From NCBI GenBank assembly GCA_973851085.1, contig OZ316776.1:14074001-14138000 (forward strand): a DNA stretch of 64,000 bases, read 5' to 3'. Origin of the DNA: Ptychomitrium polyphyllum. Its lineage: Eukaryota. The notes beneath the pieces were generated by a model. That model saw nothing but the letters and a program-made list of their open reading frames with translations, was not told the DNA's origin and searched no databases. Below, in pieces: positions 1 to 14,412 of the stretch; position 1 is the stretch's first letter, and each line of letters opens with the position of its first letter. The position numbers and the translations under genes are program-made.

Positions 1-225
1 ATCGCTTTTATCCTTTGACCTTGTCTAATACACAAATCACGTGATGTAAATCTAAGCCTCCTTAAAGCTACTAACACATATACTGTTTAGAATAAAAACT
101 TTATTCCATGTTCTCAACCAAAGGTATACATATTATCTCCTCAACGACACTTTACTGAAAGTAAAACCGAGACCTTAATATCACACAATAATTCCTTGAA
201 TCTAAACGACTGAATTCGGTTGCAC

Positions 226-3200
226 CTGCGCAACTGCCGTTGAAGTTGTAAGAGTTGCAACTTCTTTAACTCGATTACACTCCTAGTCTTGATAGAAATG
301 TCATCAGTTGAGCTCACGGTCTCCTGAGAAAATGACATGTGCAACACGGAATCGTCATTAAGTATATGATCGTCTCATATATAAGTAAAAGGATTATTAA
401 CTGCACTAACTATAAACACTACATCTGAACAACCACAAATTATAGAGTAAGTAGGAAGACAAGAAAATGGCATATTCCAAACATTCAATATATATAATCA
501 CCTTCACTTCATGATAACGGGTTGCTATATTTCTTTCAGTTTTCTTCTGTTTGAATGCCCAGTTTTGATCAGCAACAGCTTTCCGCTTCCGTTCATAGAG
601 GGTCAACTTCTCCAAGATGGTGAACTTCGGAGGACCACTCTGAGGAACACTAAGCTCTGGAACGTCTACCTCCATTCTTTTCATTGCAGACACATCGTCA
701 GCAGATGTTTTCCAGTTCCCTGGAAACTCACTGCTGCTTGATATTGAAGTCCTATCGGGCAGCTTAAATCCCTGCTTGCTCTGATTTCCAGTGAACATCC
801 CATTGCGTTGATTAGTTTGAGGCAATTGGTGAAGAGACAAGTTATTTGACGTCGTGCCAGTAGGGTAAAGACCACTTCTCCTCTTAGGTTGGGGTGGAGT
901 CATGAAGCTAGGGTCTTCAGGGGGTGTAGTGTTTGCCCTCATAGGAAGGTTATAAGAGTTGGCAGCCTGTAGATAGGTTTGAACAGGAACTACATCTCCA
1001 TTTGGCAAACGGAAGAGCTGGTTTTTAAAGGGATTTGGATTTTTGGACGCTTCCAATTTCCTCGCAAGCTCTGAAAGTGCAGCAGCATTTCTTGCTTCAT
1101 GATTGGCCACAACGCTTGGATGAAGCTTTGGATCTGGTGTCTGGACAACTGGATGCAATTCAGAGACTCTCTTCATCCCTATGGGAGGAGAGAAAGAAGT
1201 CATAGAATTTTGTCCTTCCTGAGACATTTGTGATGCTGAACTTCTTAACAGCCCTGACGCAACATTTTCACTATATCTCTTCGGAAGCAGGTCGCTGCAA
1301 TGTTCACTTACTTCTGCTTGTATCTCAGCAGCTAACGCTAAGACCTCGGCTCTTTCACTAGCTGCTTTTGCTGTGGCTACCTCCATACCAAGATTTCTCG
1401 GAAGGATATCTTGGGAGTTGTCTGCTGTTGGTAGTGGGTTGTTGTCACTGCTCTCAGGAGCGCAAATAGGATCAGCAGCAGAGTGGTTATCCTTGCTCAG
1501 TGACTGCATCTCTCTTAGTGCAGCTTTGTTATCCTCAAATGATGAGAGAGCGTGCGTATTAGGCTCAAGTACTGGTTGAGTCACCTGTTTCTCAATAAAA
1601 GAAACCGTGTGTTCGGTTATTCCATCCACGTCCTGGTTCTCAGCCGGTCTGGATAGAGACCTACTATTGATATGCCCAGGGGACATCTCAACTGTGCTGC
1701 ACCCTCCAGATTCAGGAACTGTTAGCGCAGTCTTCATAACATTGGTTTCCACATTTGTTGGAATCAACTCTACAGTCCTTGTAGTGGTGCCCGAGTCTTG
1801 CTTATTTCGTTTCTCCGCTCCTGCCAAAACGCTGGTCTCAACGGGTCTTTGAACATGAGCCTGTTCCTGACTTCGCGTACTCACTCCCTCTGGAGAAATT
1901 GGGTTTGAAAGCACCGCAGAATCTGTGCGCACACTGTCTTCATGAAGCTTCACAGGAAAAGGCCTAACAGCAACTGTAGGAGCTATTGTACTTGGCACTC
2001 GGACCTCAGCGTTCTCTGAAGTAGTCAAAGGTGGACCTGATGGTAGCTCAGACACATATCCTGATTTCTCCTCTGGTCCAAGCTCGTCACCTCTTATCCG
2101 CTTTCCACCCCTTGGGACTTCACAACAAATAAATCACAAAGACAGGATAATGAGAATCTTAGATTACGCCAAATATCTAGATGCAAACTCGGTAAAATCG
2201 TTAATCCGAGTCTGCATAATTTTTGAATAGCCGACATAAAGGTGTCACATGAACACCTTGTCGCAGTTACACTTCCAGGCTTATAAAGTTTTAAAGAAAA
2301 CAACAAAATGCAGCAAGGTAAAAGCTTGTCCTAGAATCTGACTATGGAGTATCCTACGCTTTATAATAAACTACAAGTTACGAGTTTTTAATTAATCTAG
2401 AATACTAGACTTACAAAGGAAATTATATTTCAAATTATACAAGACTAGAGCAGGCAAAATTAGAAAATTCAATGTACAAGTTTCACTGGCAGTTTCAGAG
2501 CCAGACAAACAAATACTAGTAAAATTTGATTCACCTGTCTTAGGGATCTTGATTTAGGAATCAAATGACAATAACAACCTTCTGACCAAGCGGAGTAGAC
2601 GATGATACCTTTCTTCTTCGGGGTGTGCAAAGCAAGTGTCATCTGGGTTTTCTTCGGTTCCTTGGACGCTCTGGAACACATGAGTAATTAGGTCAACCGT
2701 TAAGTATAAGTCAATGAAAGCTGACTTCTTATGAATTGTGACATGATTAAAAAATCTGTCTCATATAAAGCCATATTACAAGTCCGTAAACGCTAGAATA
2801 AACGGACTACGGTGGTATCAAATGCACTAACCTCATAGCCAAAAACACGAGACATTGTGCCCTCAGCTGCTTCAACTGATACTCAGTAAACACGGGCGCA
2901 GAGGTGGATTCGGGAGGAAGGCTAGACTGCATATCACTCAACGAGCTACCAGCGTTGCCAAGAGTTGCAGATTGGTCCGACTCCTTCAATAGAGAGCTGA
3001 ACTCTGCTGACTTCTTTTTGGGACCTTTTGCAGCCTTTCTACCAGAGCTAGTTGCCTCCGTTCCGACCTCATTGCTGCCAGTAGCATGACTGCTCTTCGT
3101 GGCCTTTCCTTTTCTCTGTAAATAAGTTCAAAGTTTTCGATATTAACAAAAATTACAAGTTAAAACGGAGGACAATTTTAAAGTACAAAAGTAAACACGA

Positions 3201-5760
3201 AAGCAAATCACAAAAACAAAATGAGGAAGTAACTCATACTTGATTTCTACAGCAGTTTTCAAGTCCCCAGTGTATTTTGTTTGCAATAGCAGTTTAGCGG
3301 GAAGGTCCAGAATGTTCACAAAAACAAAATCAAAACTACGGTTTTGGTTCGCTTTGTATTAAAAGTGAAGCCCTAAAAGTAAAAGATGGGTTAACTACAA
3401 TTTACGTATTAAGTAACATAAAAAATGATGAAGCGTCATCATTACCTGCTGAGGTGTTTGAGCACCACCCTTTCCTCCAGTTGACGACTTATCAACAACG
3501 GGCACAGCATTGACAATAGTTGGGACGCCGGAAGACAAAGCTGTCAACTGCCCTAAGGTTTTCCCCTGACTGATGGTGACGTTATCGCTATTTTGGATTC
3601 CCCCAACGTCAAAACCAGAATGGTTCTCATGAACGAATGCGTTATTGCAACCCACTAATGCAGGCTCCATGTATTGAGGATGACCACCACTGAAATTATC
3701 TCTGCCAGTACCCGCGGGTGATTCTGATATTATGGAACCTTGAATACTACCCATAGATTTAAATCCAGTGCCCTGTATATCTGGTGCTTCAGTTGCAAGA
3801 GAGCCATCTGTAAACGACGACGAAGATACCCCAAGGCCCACAGGAAGCCCATCGCCAACCTGCTTCCCCGCATGAACTTCAATTCCAGGTTCTTTTAACC
3901 CATCTTTAGCACTTTCAGCTTCTGAATTCCCATGAGGATGTACTGCTGGAGTTGTAACTGGTGCTCCAGCGCTGCCTCCAGAAGCAGTCCCATCCTGATT
4001 CACACCACTAACATCTGTTCTCGTAGCAGCTGTACTCTCAATTTTCTCAGAACTATGTCCTACATCGGAGACCTGAGCCCCTGTACTAGAGGTACCCGCA
4101 CTTTGTGTTGGAGTTGTCGATGAAGGATCATCTGCATGGCCCGTCTTCTCACCTTTCCTGGTGGCTGCAGTACTAACTGCCTTTTCTAAAAGGCGAGCAC
4201 GAGTGCGAGTTACAACTACAGGAGAGGAGGTCTTTGGAGTCGATTCACCAAGGCCAAGCTGTGCAGCCTTTGCTTGTCCTCTGGTTTTAGGAGGATCAAC
4301 TGACTTAAGACCCACGCTTTCGGTACTGTTTGTTTTCCTACGTGTTTGCCTCGGAGTGATCTCTACCTCGGGTTTTGGCGTAAGTTGCTTCCGTTTCTTT
4401 CCTCTACCTACAGAAGTATCTACAATAGGTGCAGTTGAAGTGGCACTAGTAACTGTATTAGCAGCAGATGTTTGCAGTGGAGCAGAGGTTGGTAAGGGAG
4501 CAGATATTTGAGGAGCCGCAGATGTTGGAAGAGCACCAGATGTAAGTGGAGTAGCAGCTTCTGTTCCTCCTAAATGCAGCTTAGAAGGTGTCGTTGGCAA
4601 AATTTGTTGACTAGTTCTCTCTGAAACACCAGAGGCTTGCTCTATTTGACTAATCCCGTCTGGCACCTGACAGTTTTCTTGATTGGCAATGACAGCATGT
4701 GATACTGGAGCCACTGTTGGTGCGGCAAGCCCTGCAGTAAGAACTGAAGCTTGGGTCACAACCAATCCTGCGGCTGGAGCTGGGATTCTAGAAGTAGCAT
4801 CCTGAGAGACTGCAACCATAGGAGTATCATCCAAAGCCTGAATTCCTTGAGGCTGAGCTGCTTCCTTCTTTACTTCAGAAGCGCCACTAGATTGGTTGCC
4901 TTGTACAGGCTGAGCTGCGGATGTAAATGGTGATTCCTTCTTTTCGTCAGAAGTTCCACCAGCTTGGTTACTATTACCAGCGCTTACGCTTGCAGCTGGG
5001 CCCTGACCAGTAGTCGATGCAGAAAAGTTGTACTGCTTTACCACTATTTCAAGTGCCCTATAAGCAACATAAAAGGTAAGTTGCAAGACCTTGAAACGAC
5101 AGCTCAAGAAAAAAATCGATGACTTTACAGTCCTCACTTAGAAATACGAATATGATATAAAACATAAAAGAATCAACAAAGATGCAATCAAGCAGATTCA
5201 TAGAACTCACAGTGAACCAACGAGAGTTGGACAGAGGTAGATGAAGGAACAGATTATTGCATAGAATTGCATAATCTACTACAAAAACAGATTACAAAGA
5301 ATTGTCGATCATGAAACAAGATTACTATTTATCTGGATGAAGTTATTGTGATCTTCAGATAGTCAAACCCATTGGCATAGCGCCCTCATTTTGATGGTTA
5401 TCCAGACCCTAAAACCAGACAAAATATAATAAGACAAAATCTTTAAATTGCGAAAATTTGACTCAATGAGTAGATTCCAACCTTGAAACTATTTTGAAAG
5501 GAAGTGTCGATTCCTTCCCAGATGATTTCATATGGTTACAAATCTGCAGATAGCCACGGCAATTAAAGTTAGACCATAAAGATTTTCTACACCACCCACA
5601 CACGTTCGCTCTATATATTTTGTCAACAAAGTTGCACAGAAAGGGAATTGTAACGGACCGCATAGAGCTTAGATGCCAATTTTTTGGGGTCCTTCTTATC
5701 TTCATCGCCGACCTTGTCGAGAAATTTGGCGGCCTCCTGCTCCACATTTGCATCGGCCAT
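226..5760 (-). CDS. SYD: SPLAYED-like SNF2 chromatin-remodelling ATPase, N-terminal part (QLQ domain); gene continues beyond the left window edge
   Basis: Exons read with GT-AG boundaries and consistent phases: 5760-5659, 5543-5482, 5057-3446, 3115-2832, 2670-2609, 2117-502, 323-226. The N-terminus MADANVEQEAAKFLDK...PKKLASKLYA/ICNHMKSSGKESTLPFKIVSRALE matches the SYD N-terminus as I recall it; QLQ motif FTEYQLKQLRAQCLVFLAMR; SSTDDISIKTRSVIELKKLQLLQLQRQLR is typical of plant SYD upstream of HSA. The ATPase domain is not in the window. Confidence 0.85.
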
Positions 5761-6676
5761 GATTGCCTGCAGCTGACCTGCACGATTAGAACAGAGGGCT
5801 CTTAGCTACATGACTAAAACAGCTTCCTCCGCCTCTTGACCTAATCCATCCCAAAGAACCTCGCCACCAGAGTTTCTAGAACAGAACTGTAGTACGGTAC
5901 GCTATCAGGGAGTACTCTCATGTATGCCAATCATACTGATCACGTGCATAAAATTTCACTTTCAGGGTACGACCCCAAAGAAAGCAAAAAAACTTGCAAG
6001 GCAAGCCAAGCCATTATAATCTAGGTATAGTACGGCTGACACACAACGGCACCAATTCATCTTCAACCTAGACTTCTCAATTGCAGATGAAAGTAATTCA
6101 ACAAAGGAGAAATGCGTTACAATTCGTCAGAGCCCTGAAACCGTGTCCCTCGTATAAAACGACTTCCAAGGAATAACATAACCAGAGACTAGCAGATACT
6201 GTGGCACTATAGACCAGCCCTAAAGTTACAAGCCATCATGTAAGAGCAATTCCGCAACCCCGAAGATGGTATCCAGCGTCTGATGGAAATAAGCCTTGAC
6301 AGTATTTTGATTTACATTCAAACTAGATGTTTGGAGGAAAAAAAATCACAGGCCAGTGCAAGTGCCATCGTTGGGAACATAGGTTTCCCATGCAAGGACC
6401 CCTAATCGCTGAGAAAACCCCATTTTGGGTAGCATTCAGCACACAGTGAAGACGTTGAGCCCACGCGGAACCTCTGGCAGAATTTAAGCGGAGAAAGTAA
6501 AAGCGCGGGAAGAGGAGTACCAGTAGGACGCCAATGCCGCAAAGAATCAGCGATAGACGGATCGCAGAGCAGCAACAGAAAACCTGGAGCGTCGTCTCCG
6601 AGGCCAATGTATCATCCTTAGGTGGCCAATTCCAGGTAGTAGTAGTGTCGGAAATACAAAATGGCAAGGCGCGTAC

Positions 6677-6754
6677 AACCCTAGGGTTTGGGCCATGTCA
6701 GTTGAAAGCCCACCGGGAAACCCATTCGACGCGCATGGTGACGACAAACCCTAG
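6677..6754. promoter_or_regulatory. Telo-box / site II-like motif cluster upstream of the SYD-like CDS
   Basis: Palindrome AACCCTAGGGTT (6677-6688) followed by TGGGCC (6689-6694), and AAACCCTAG at 6746-6754, in the GC-rich region 5' of the gene. The motifs are short and function is not shown. Confidence 0.35.
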
Positions 6755-7726
6755 GTGGTAGCGAGCGAGCGAGCGAACAAATTGGGGGTGTGGTCGCAAA
6801 GAGAGAGTGGGGAATTGAGGGGGGTGGGAGGGACGAATTTGGAAGGGAGTCGAAGGTAAGGTGGTGATGAGGGAGCGTAGGTGCGGTGCCCTGCCCTGCC
6901 CTGCGAGACTCCCACTGCCGTGCGTAGGCGTGCTGACGGGCAGCGCCACTAGGCTACAGCAATGGGACGGCATGGCATGGCATAGGATGACATGGCATGG
7001 GATGACATGGTGGAGATGCAGAGCAGAGGGGTGAGGGGGTCAGCTACGACGAAGGCGATGAAAGGGGACCCTGCCTGAGGGAATGGAGGGAGAGGCGTGG
7101 GGTCGAGGCGAGCATGGAGCAAGTTCGTAGAAAAGCCGCGAAGTGCAGCTTCATTATCGGAGCCTGATCATCCTGTATTATGACGAAGACGACGACTCCC
7201 GCCTTCGGGACGGCTGCAGGGCAACAACATCATCATCATCTCCTATGGTCCGGGTTCTGGCCCTCCTCACTTAACCTCACTCAGCCTCACAGCCTCACAG
7301 CCTCACAGCCACATAGCGTCTGTGAGCAGAGGAGCGACCCGCGCTCGGCCTTCCTATATAGTGGATTCTTCGGTTCCCTGCCCACTGGCTCTCACCACAG
7401 TACCGCTGCCCTTCAACCGGAATCCTGTAACCCTAGCTCAGGTTCCCCACCTAAGTATTTTTCAGTTTGTGCTCCCCCTCAATTACGGCTCCATTACATA
7501 CACTGCTCCTGCAGTACGGCGCCTCATGTGACCACGGTGCCACAAGTTATCATGTTACAGTGCGCCATCTCATTCAAACACAGCGGGAATACAGCCCGGC
7601 TACAGCAATTCGTAATCGTATCACTCGGGTCACACTGCTTTTTTGTTCCTCCGTGGATTATTGGCACTCAGGCAGTGAGGACTCAGGGCCCACACGCAAG
7701 GGGGGGCCTGGCGGCGTCATGCCAGG

Positions 7727-7781
7727 CCATGAGAGCCATGAGAGCCGTGAGAGCCGTGAGAGCCATGAGAGCCATGAGAGC
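7727..7781. repeat. 9-bp tandem repeat (GAGAGCCRT), about 6 copies
   Basis: ccatgagagccatgagagccgtgagagccgtgagagccatgagagccatgagagc read directly. Confidence 0.85.
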
Positions 7782-7882
7782 CCAATCAACGTGGCCGGGC
7801 CCCACTTGTCACTTATCGCCCGGGTGGCCGGGTCCCAGTGCCTTCGCTACGGATAGATGACATTCACACATTCGTATACCGT

Positions 7883-7929
7883 GACCACTGACCACTGACC
7901 ACTGACTACTGACTACTGACTACTGACCA
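7883..7929. repeat. 7-bp tandem repeat (GACCACT/GACTACT), about 6-7 copies
   Basis: gaccactgaccactgaccactgactactgactactgactactgacc read directly. Confidence 0.85.
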
Positions 7930-10900
7930 GTACAATGAGGAAAATCAACCGCGCTTTCCCAGGACTGTTTCAATACCGCGGCACTGCTCTGGCAGATGCT
8001 TCACACTCTGCCCGATGCTCGGATCAGTTACCTTGGCCACAATCTCTTCCCATAGTGGCGACGGTTTCTTTTGCTGAAACTTGCATTGCAGTCTTTGTGG
8101 AAGGCCATCTTGCACTATAGAACATCCTCCGCATGTTTTGTTGCCATACAGTGCTCTTGCCATCTTGGGTGACGTGAAGTTGATTCACTTCACCCACCAA
8201 AGTTGTCCATAAGTTTACCACTTCATTTGCATCAGGTATATTCTATTTGAGATTTTTCACCCTTCTCATTTAGCACTAAAACCTTTTAGAATTGTTCCTC
8301 CTTTTCTACTATTTGTCTTCTATTTTTTTTCCTTTAGAGTCTTTGCCTTCTTAATTTTTTCAATCTCTAGTTACTCTCTAACTTTTTAGCTTGTCAACTC
8401 AAGCCCCTCCTTCACTTCAAATTTTCTATTGCACTTGTAGTTCATTCTTCAACTTTTCAACATGGATTCAAACCAAAATTTGAATTTTTGAATTACTATA
8501 ATTCTAAAGTATGTATAATATAGACATCTATATTGGTGATTTTATATTCATGCATAGTATTGGATTTGAATTTGCAATTCAATTATATTTAAGATTAATA
8601 AATTGTAAGATTAGTCCTACCACAATGGATGTAGAAGGGCAAATCTACAAGCCAAAAGCATTCTACTACCAAAGACAAATGTACTAGTAGTCCAAAAAAC
8701 CAAAAATAATATTCTTTTTATAAAAATTCAACAATTCAATGTTTACAAGATAAATTAAGTACCATTACATCTACCATAAGTCATCTACCAGTATTTTTGA
8801 TTGTAAACTTATTGAAATAAAAAAATTAATTGTATGTTTTGTACAATGTGTAATAATGAAAGTTTTAAAATATGACTTTGTAAAAAGATGATTAAATTTA
8901 TTATTTTTTAAAATATGGTAATAATTCAAATTAAAAATTTATTGAAATAATCTAATACAAAGATTTAATTTTCCATATATCATATGAAAATATTCATTTT
9001 CAATTTTCCATGCTAGGAAAAACAAATCAAGGTTGATTTTATATTAAAAAGTCACATATGCATGTATTGTGTGTCAAAAGTGATTTCTTAAAAAATCAAA
9101 GATCCACTTATTAGAACTTATATTAAAAAAACATCAATTCAAACCTACAATTTTTTTAATCTATATTTAATCTATACATCATTAATAAAGAATTTCTTGT
9201 TTAAATCTAGGTTTTTTTTGTCTCACATAAATTTTAAATATATTGGCATGTACAAAAAGCAATTCAAAGCATAACAAATAAATTCATAAAATTTATTATT
9301 GTCTTCATTTTATAATGTTGTTTTTTAATCCAATTTCTACTTTTGAATTCTATTCATTTAAATTCTTTTTAATTTTTTTAATTTAGTGATATTTAATTGG
9401 AATTGATAGCACACAAAGATGTATTTACATTAGATTGTATTTACAAAAATGGATACATACACTTTAAATATAACATCATTTTAGTCTATTATGGTGTATA
9501 TTTCTAAAATAGTATCATTATGAAATTGAAATAAACCAAATTTCATATAAAATCAAAGAAATTAATTAAAAAATATCATTGTTCTAAATACAGAATACGT
9601 TTGCATTTGCATTTCAAATATTTTATATTATAATTATTTAATATTATTTATTGTAAATAAATTATATAAATTTAATTCCAATGTAACTTTAATTTAAATT
9701 TTGAAGGTCATTAAACCAAGATATGTATGTAAAAATTATTAAATCTTTTTTGTGACTATTTAACTAATGATGATCAAATGCTCTCTATATACTGTTATAA
9801 AATGGATTAAAAATAATTAAACCTTATATAATTTTATCAAAATAATTTATATTGCATTTTTTCCAAAATAAAAGATAGAAAAATGAAATTCATTTTAAAT
9901 TAAGTGAATCATAATACAATATAAATTAAAACTGAGATTAATATTTTAATGGTTTTAGACCAATAAAAAGGTGGCATTTTACTAAAGAGATATTTTAAAA
10001 ATTCAAATTTAAAGTTGTTGAATCATACTTAACAAAAAGAATGTTATATTATTTATATAAATTATATAAATTATATAAATTATACTAATTTTAGAAATAG
10101 CATTATTTTAAAATGTTATAATGATTATAATTTTTTTTTAAACTACAATTATTGTGATACATCTAATAGAACATTCTCTTAAATAGTAGAATAGTCAATT
10201 GCATAATTTATTTATATAAACAAGGACAATTCCTTAAAATTTGATTTTAGTTATATTTTGTTTCATCTTTTTTCTTTGTATATATAGACCATAATTAAAA
10301 AATTAGACCTTACATGCACTTATAAAATAATTTATTTAAAACAAAATAAAATAAAATTATATAGGTGTTGTATTTCCAATAAATTTTAAAATTCCATACT
10401 TTATAATATGAATACATGTATTGTTGTAAAACACCGAATATATATTTTTTATGATAATTAATGCAAAAGTTAATTAAATATACCATACTTTAAACAAAAA
10501 CTTGTATCATCTATATTAAATAATAATCATATCAATTTGAAATATAAGGATGTTTTTGATAAAGTTTAGAACTCATTCATAACATGGATTGGTTATTTAA
10601 TATAAAATATTTGATTTATTCATCATTCAAATCAACAATTATAATTATAAATATTTATTATGATTAATCCTATTTAGACATGAAATCATTGGCAATCATC
10701 CATTCCTTGTTGATGACTAATTTATTAAAATATTTATCTTCCATATTATGGATTGCATCCATTCATAACAACTATTTTGTGAGTCCATTTGCATTTTAAT
10801 TTTTAAAATTCCACCTCCAAATTTGATAAATGAAAAATATGTTGTTTGTAAAGAAATAAGAGGTATAGATGTAACAATAGTAAGAAATTTCAAGAAGATT

Positions 10901-12599
10901 TAAATATTAATATTTGCAAGCTGAATACTAAATAGTACATCAACAAGAAAGACAAATATCAAAGTTATTTGATAAATTAATTAAGTAGTTATGCTAACAA
11001 TTTATGTTTACAACCAATTTTAGTTCTATTACTTCCGTTGTTGAATATGCGTTTAGGGATTAATAGTCTTTTGATAATCAAATTGTGGAAAAAAAGGAAT
11101 AATGAACCTGCCCACATTTAGTTATACATTATTTTTTGGTTCCACTAGAGAAAAAAATTAACATGTTATTAAAACTATTACATTGATGACATGTTACAAT
11201 AAGCAAATGTAATCACTTATATAATGTTTTTGATATTCTCAATATTTAGTACAAATAATAATGCTGACAGTACATATTGTATGGCACTAAGCTACAAAAG
11301 GAATTAAACCACCACAATATTATCAATGATAAGTATTATCTAATTTTTATGTAAGTAGTCACACATTGATCATTCTGAGTTTGGGTTAAAAATATTAAAT
11401 TTACGCTTCCAAACTATATTTAATCCATCTCTGATTATCTTGTCATAATGATGTAACACTCAGATTGGTGGTTCACATACTTCTTCTGAGCACATCACAA
11501 GACTTGACATGTACAGAATAAAAAATAGGTTCTGGAATTGACATGTACACAATACTGGCTTTTGAATTACATATCATAAACACCTAGATTAACATTTAGA
11601 TCCATTAGTGATAGATTTAGCAGTATACCTTATTCAGCTAACTCTTTCTTCTATATTTGTTGTTCAACAAGAAATGCCCTTCTCATCATTCCAAATTCAA
11701 CACCTCCATTCAAAATAAGAATACTGCATGCATCAAAACATAAAAATATAGTGAGTAAAAACTTACTGTAAGGCAAATTTCTAAAACAAGAAATTCTACT
11801 GTAAATTATACTGTTGTTTCCTGAAACATCAAATTACGTCTTACGTATTTAACAACACACACTTTTTGTTGACAATAGTGACCACCTCTGTCCCACAAAG
11901 TTTTGCAACAAGTGATCATGAAGCATGCTCTTCTGCACTCACCATTCACAACAATGATCAAAAGTTTCCTAAAAATAATCTAAAAAAACACATATACTTA
12001 AGTAACAAATCACATTGTTCATAATTTTAAGTATATCAATTAAGGTTATGTATAATCCAATTAACTCTATAATCTTGACACTTATCAACTTCTAAGATGT
12101 TCCTCATATATAAGTATATAAAGGATACTATCATTAAAAATATCTAATAACCAAATCCTTTGTAAAGAAATACTTGTCAAAGTAAAACTCATTCAAAATG
12201 CTCTACAACCTTCTATACACATCTATAATCTCCAATTATATTCTACAAATTTTCATATTTTTTTTGAAACGACTATAGACTAATAAAATGTTTCAAAGAT
12301 TTCCAAGAAGATATAACAACAAATCCGTAGAAATCTAGACCTTCTATTATCTTTTCTATGACCATCTATCATATATCACAAATTGCGTTTGGTAAATCTT
12401 AAAGGTTTGCAATAGTTGCAAACCTATTCTTTAATGTATCTAATACGTTAACCATATTTAGACCAATCAACTTTGTAAAATTTTTTTTTTTTAAAAAAAC
12501 AAAGAATTAGCTTAGAAGAAGGTATTCTACAACCTCCAAGGATCTTTTATATTTTAAAGAAAAAAACTACATATTTTAAGACTGTCAGAGACCAAATGA

Positions 12600-13490
12600 C
12601 TATCAATATCTTCAAAAGAGGATAATTTGCAATCTTTCAACAGTTCGTATCAAGATTTTAGAAGTTGTTCTTTGAAATCTTTAGGGTAGACATCAAACTA
12701 TCTTTTTATCTTCCATCCTCAGACCAATGACCAAACAAAGCAAGTCAACCAAATCTTGAAGTAATATTTGAGGTGTACCATCAACTACCAACAAGATAAT
12801 TGGACTTCTGATTTGACATTGGCTGAGTTTGCCTACAACAATACTGCTCATGCTTCCATCCAACAAATGTCATTCTACTCCAATTATAGACATCATCCAA
12901 AGATGAATATGTTACAGCTTCCACAATTTGAGAATCCAGTCGCACGAGAATTTATCACAAGTATGGCAAAGTTTCAAACAACCATGAAGACTCAATTAGA
13001 AGAAACTCGGGAACGATACAAAATGGCAGCAGATGCAACAACAAAAGAATAATCTCCATTGCAAGTTGGTGAGAAGGTGTGGCTCCTTGAACACAATATA
13101 AGGACCAATAGGCCATGTGAGAATTTGGATTATTGCAGATTGAGACCATTTGCAATTGGAAAACAAATCAACCACGTAGTTTATCATTTGGAACTACCAA
13201 CATCAATGAAAGTACATCCCGTCTTCCTCATTTTACTTTTGGAAACCTATAAGGAATCAAGTATCCATGGACAAAGGCAACTGCTACCACATGTGGTCAA
13301 AATAGACGATCATTATGAACTTGAAGTGGAAAAAGTGCTTGGCTCACTAATAAGATGTGGAAAGCTGGAATATTTGGTCCACTAGTGTGGATATGATATC
13401 AGTGAACGTACATGGGAGTCAGCTAATAATCTTGCCAATTCACCAATAAAAGTTTAGGAGTTCCATCGACACCATCCATTCAAACCAAAG
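12600..13490 (+). mobile_element. Degenerate Ty3/Gypsy (chromovirus-type) integrase C-terminus and chromodomain fragment
   Basis: HPQTNDQTKQVNQIL*, YQQDNWTSDLTLAEFAYNNTAHAS, QVGEKVWL...RPFAI...VYHLELPTSMKVHPVF, YELEVEKVLG...GKLEYLVH*..YDISERTWE; multiple stops. Confidence 0.85.
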
Positions 13491-13529
13491 TAGCAGCACA
13501 AAGAATAGCGGCTCGGTAAGGTTGCGTAA

Positions 13530-14412
13530 CCTTGAAGGCTTTTGATGCTTGGACTTTTAAGTAGGGAAAAAAACAATTCCTAGACCATAAGTTTTCAAAG
13601 CCCCAAACATGGTTTAGAAATTAGTTGTTTGTATTTTGAAGTTTATCATAGTTTTTTTAAAATAGCTCGGTATATAGATATGAATAGTCAAGATGCAAAT
13701 ACCATGCCAATGGTGTCAATTCAACCAAGTGGCTCTTGTTGACAACCTCATGACAAAGAACAGATTTGGATCAAGAAGATGCCAAAAGATACCTAGTTAC
13801 AAATTATTGATGATTGTCTTTGAAATGGAGCTAGCCTACGAGGATTATCCAGAAGCGGTGTTTGAAAGACGCTTTCACAACAAAAATACAAAAGTTCATA
13901 CTTGGTCCCAATTAGAAGGCGTTGGACTCTATTGGTGGTTACAAGGATTCATGAACTATTTGAATCGTGAAAGGCAACTGAAGTATGTTACAGACACTAT
14001 GCAATAAATTTTGGACTTCTTACAACTCTGAGCACTTATTGAAACTTGTTCCTTAAAGACCTCAGAGCTAGAATAAGCGGTGATGTCATGGACATACATA
14101 TTAGAAGCATCCAAAAAGGTTCTTAAAAGATTTAGGAAGCTTCCAAAGAAGCAACTAAAAATAGCTTGACTACAAAATATTATTATAGAAGCTTTGCAAG
14201 AAGCTTCCAAGGTTTGTAGTCTTAGGATATATATGAGTTGAGGCTTAAGAGATCTTCAGTCTGAACAACACATCTTTTGTGGTACAGCTTTGACTTTCTG
14301 GCCTTATCTTTTTACTTTGTTATAATTCAGTACTTCTAATATACCATGGACATATTTTGTTTCACATTTTGAAATCCTGAAGCCTTATCTTGTCGTTATT
14401 CCATTTGTAACA
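13530..14412 (+). mobile_element. Probable degenerate LTR following the Gypsy fragment
   Basis: Directly follows the chromodomain. Contains the block agaagcttccaaggtttgtag...tatatatgagttgaggct...caacacatct that recurs at about 27440, 62450 (minus) and 63070; ends in TGTAACA (14406-14412). Left boundary approximate. Confidence 0.5.

Noticed and set aside
3240..3246. 7-nt micro-exon candidate (ag/AAATCAA/gt) in the SYD-like gene
   Set aside because: Flanking exons already join in phase 0; inclusion would shift the frame.
7180..7860. 226-aa plus-strand ORF upstream of the SYD-like gene
   Set aside because: No recognisable domain; kept open by GC-rich promoter DNA and in-frame microsatellites (AMRAVR repeats).
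7727..7929. Short repeat arrays as a CRISPR-like structure
   Set aside because: Head-to-tail 7-9 bp units with no unique spacers, in a eukaryotic context.
7945..8460. Minus-strand decayed coding-like sequence including CKMAFHKDC (zinc-finger-like)
   Set aside because: Motif is split across frames with many stops; too little to assign.
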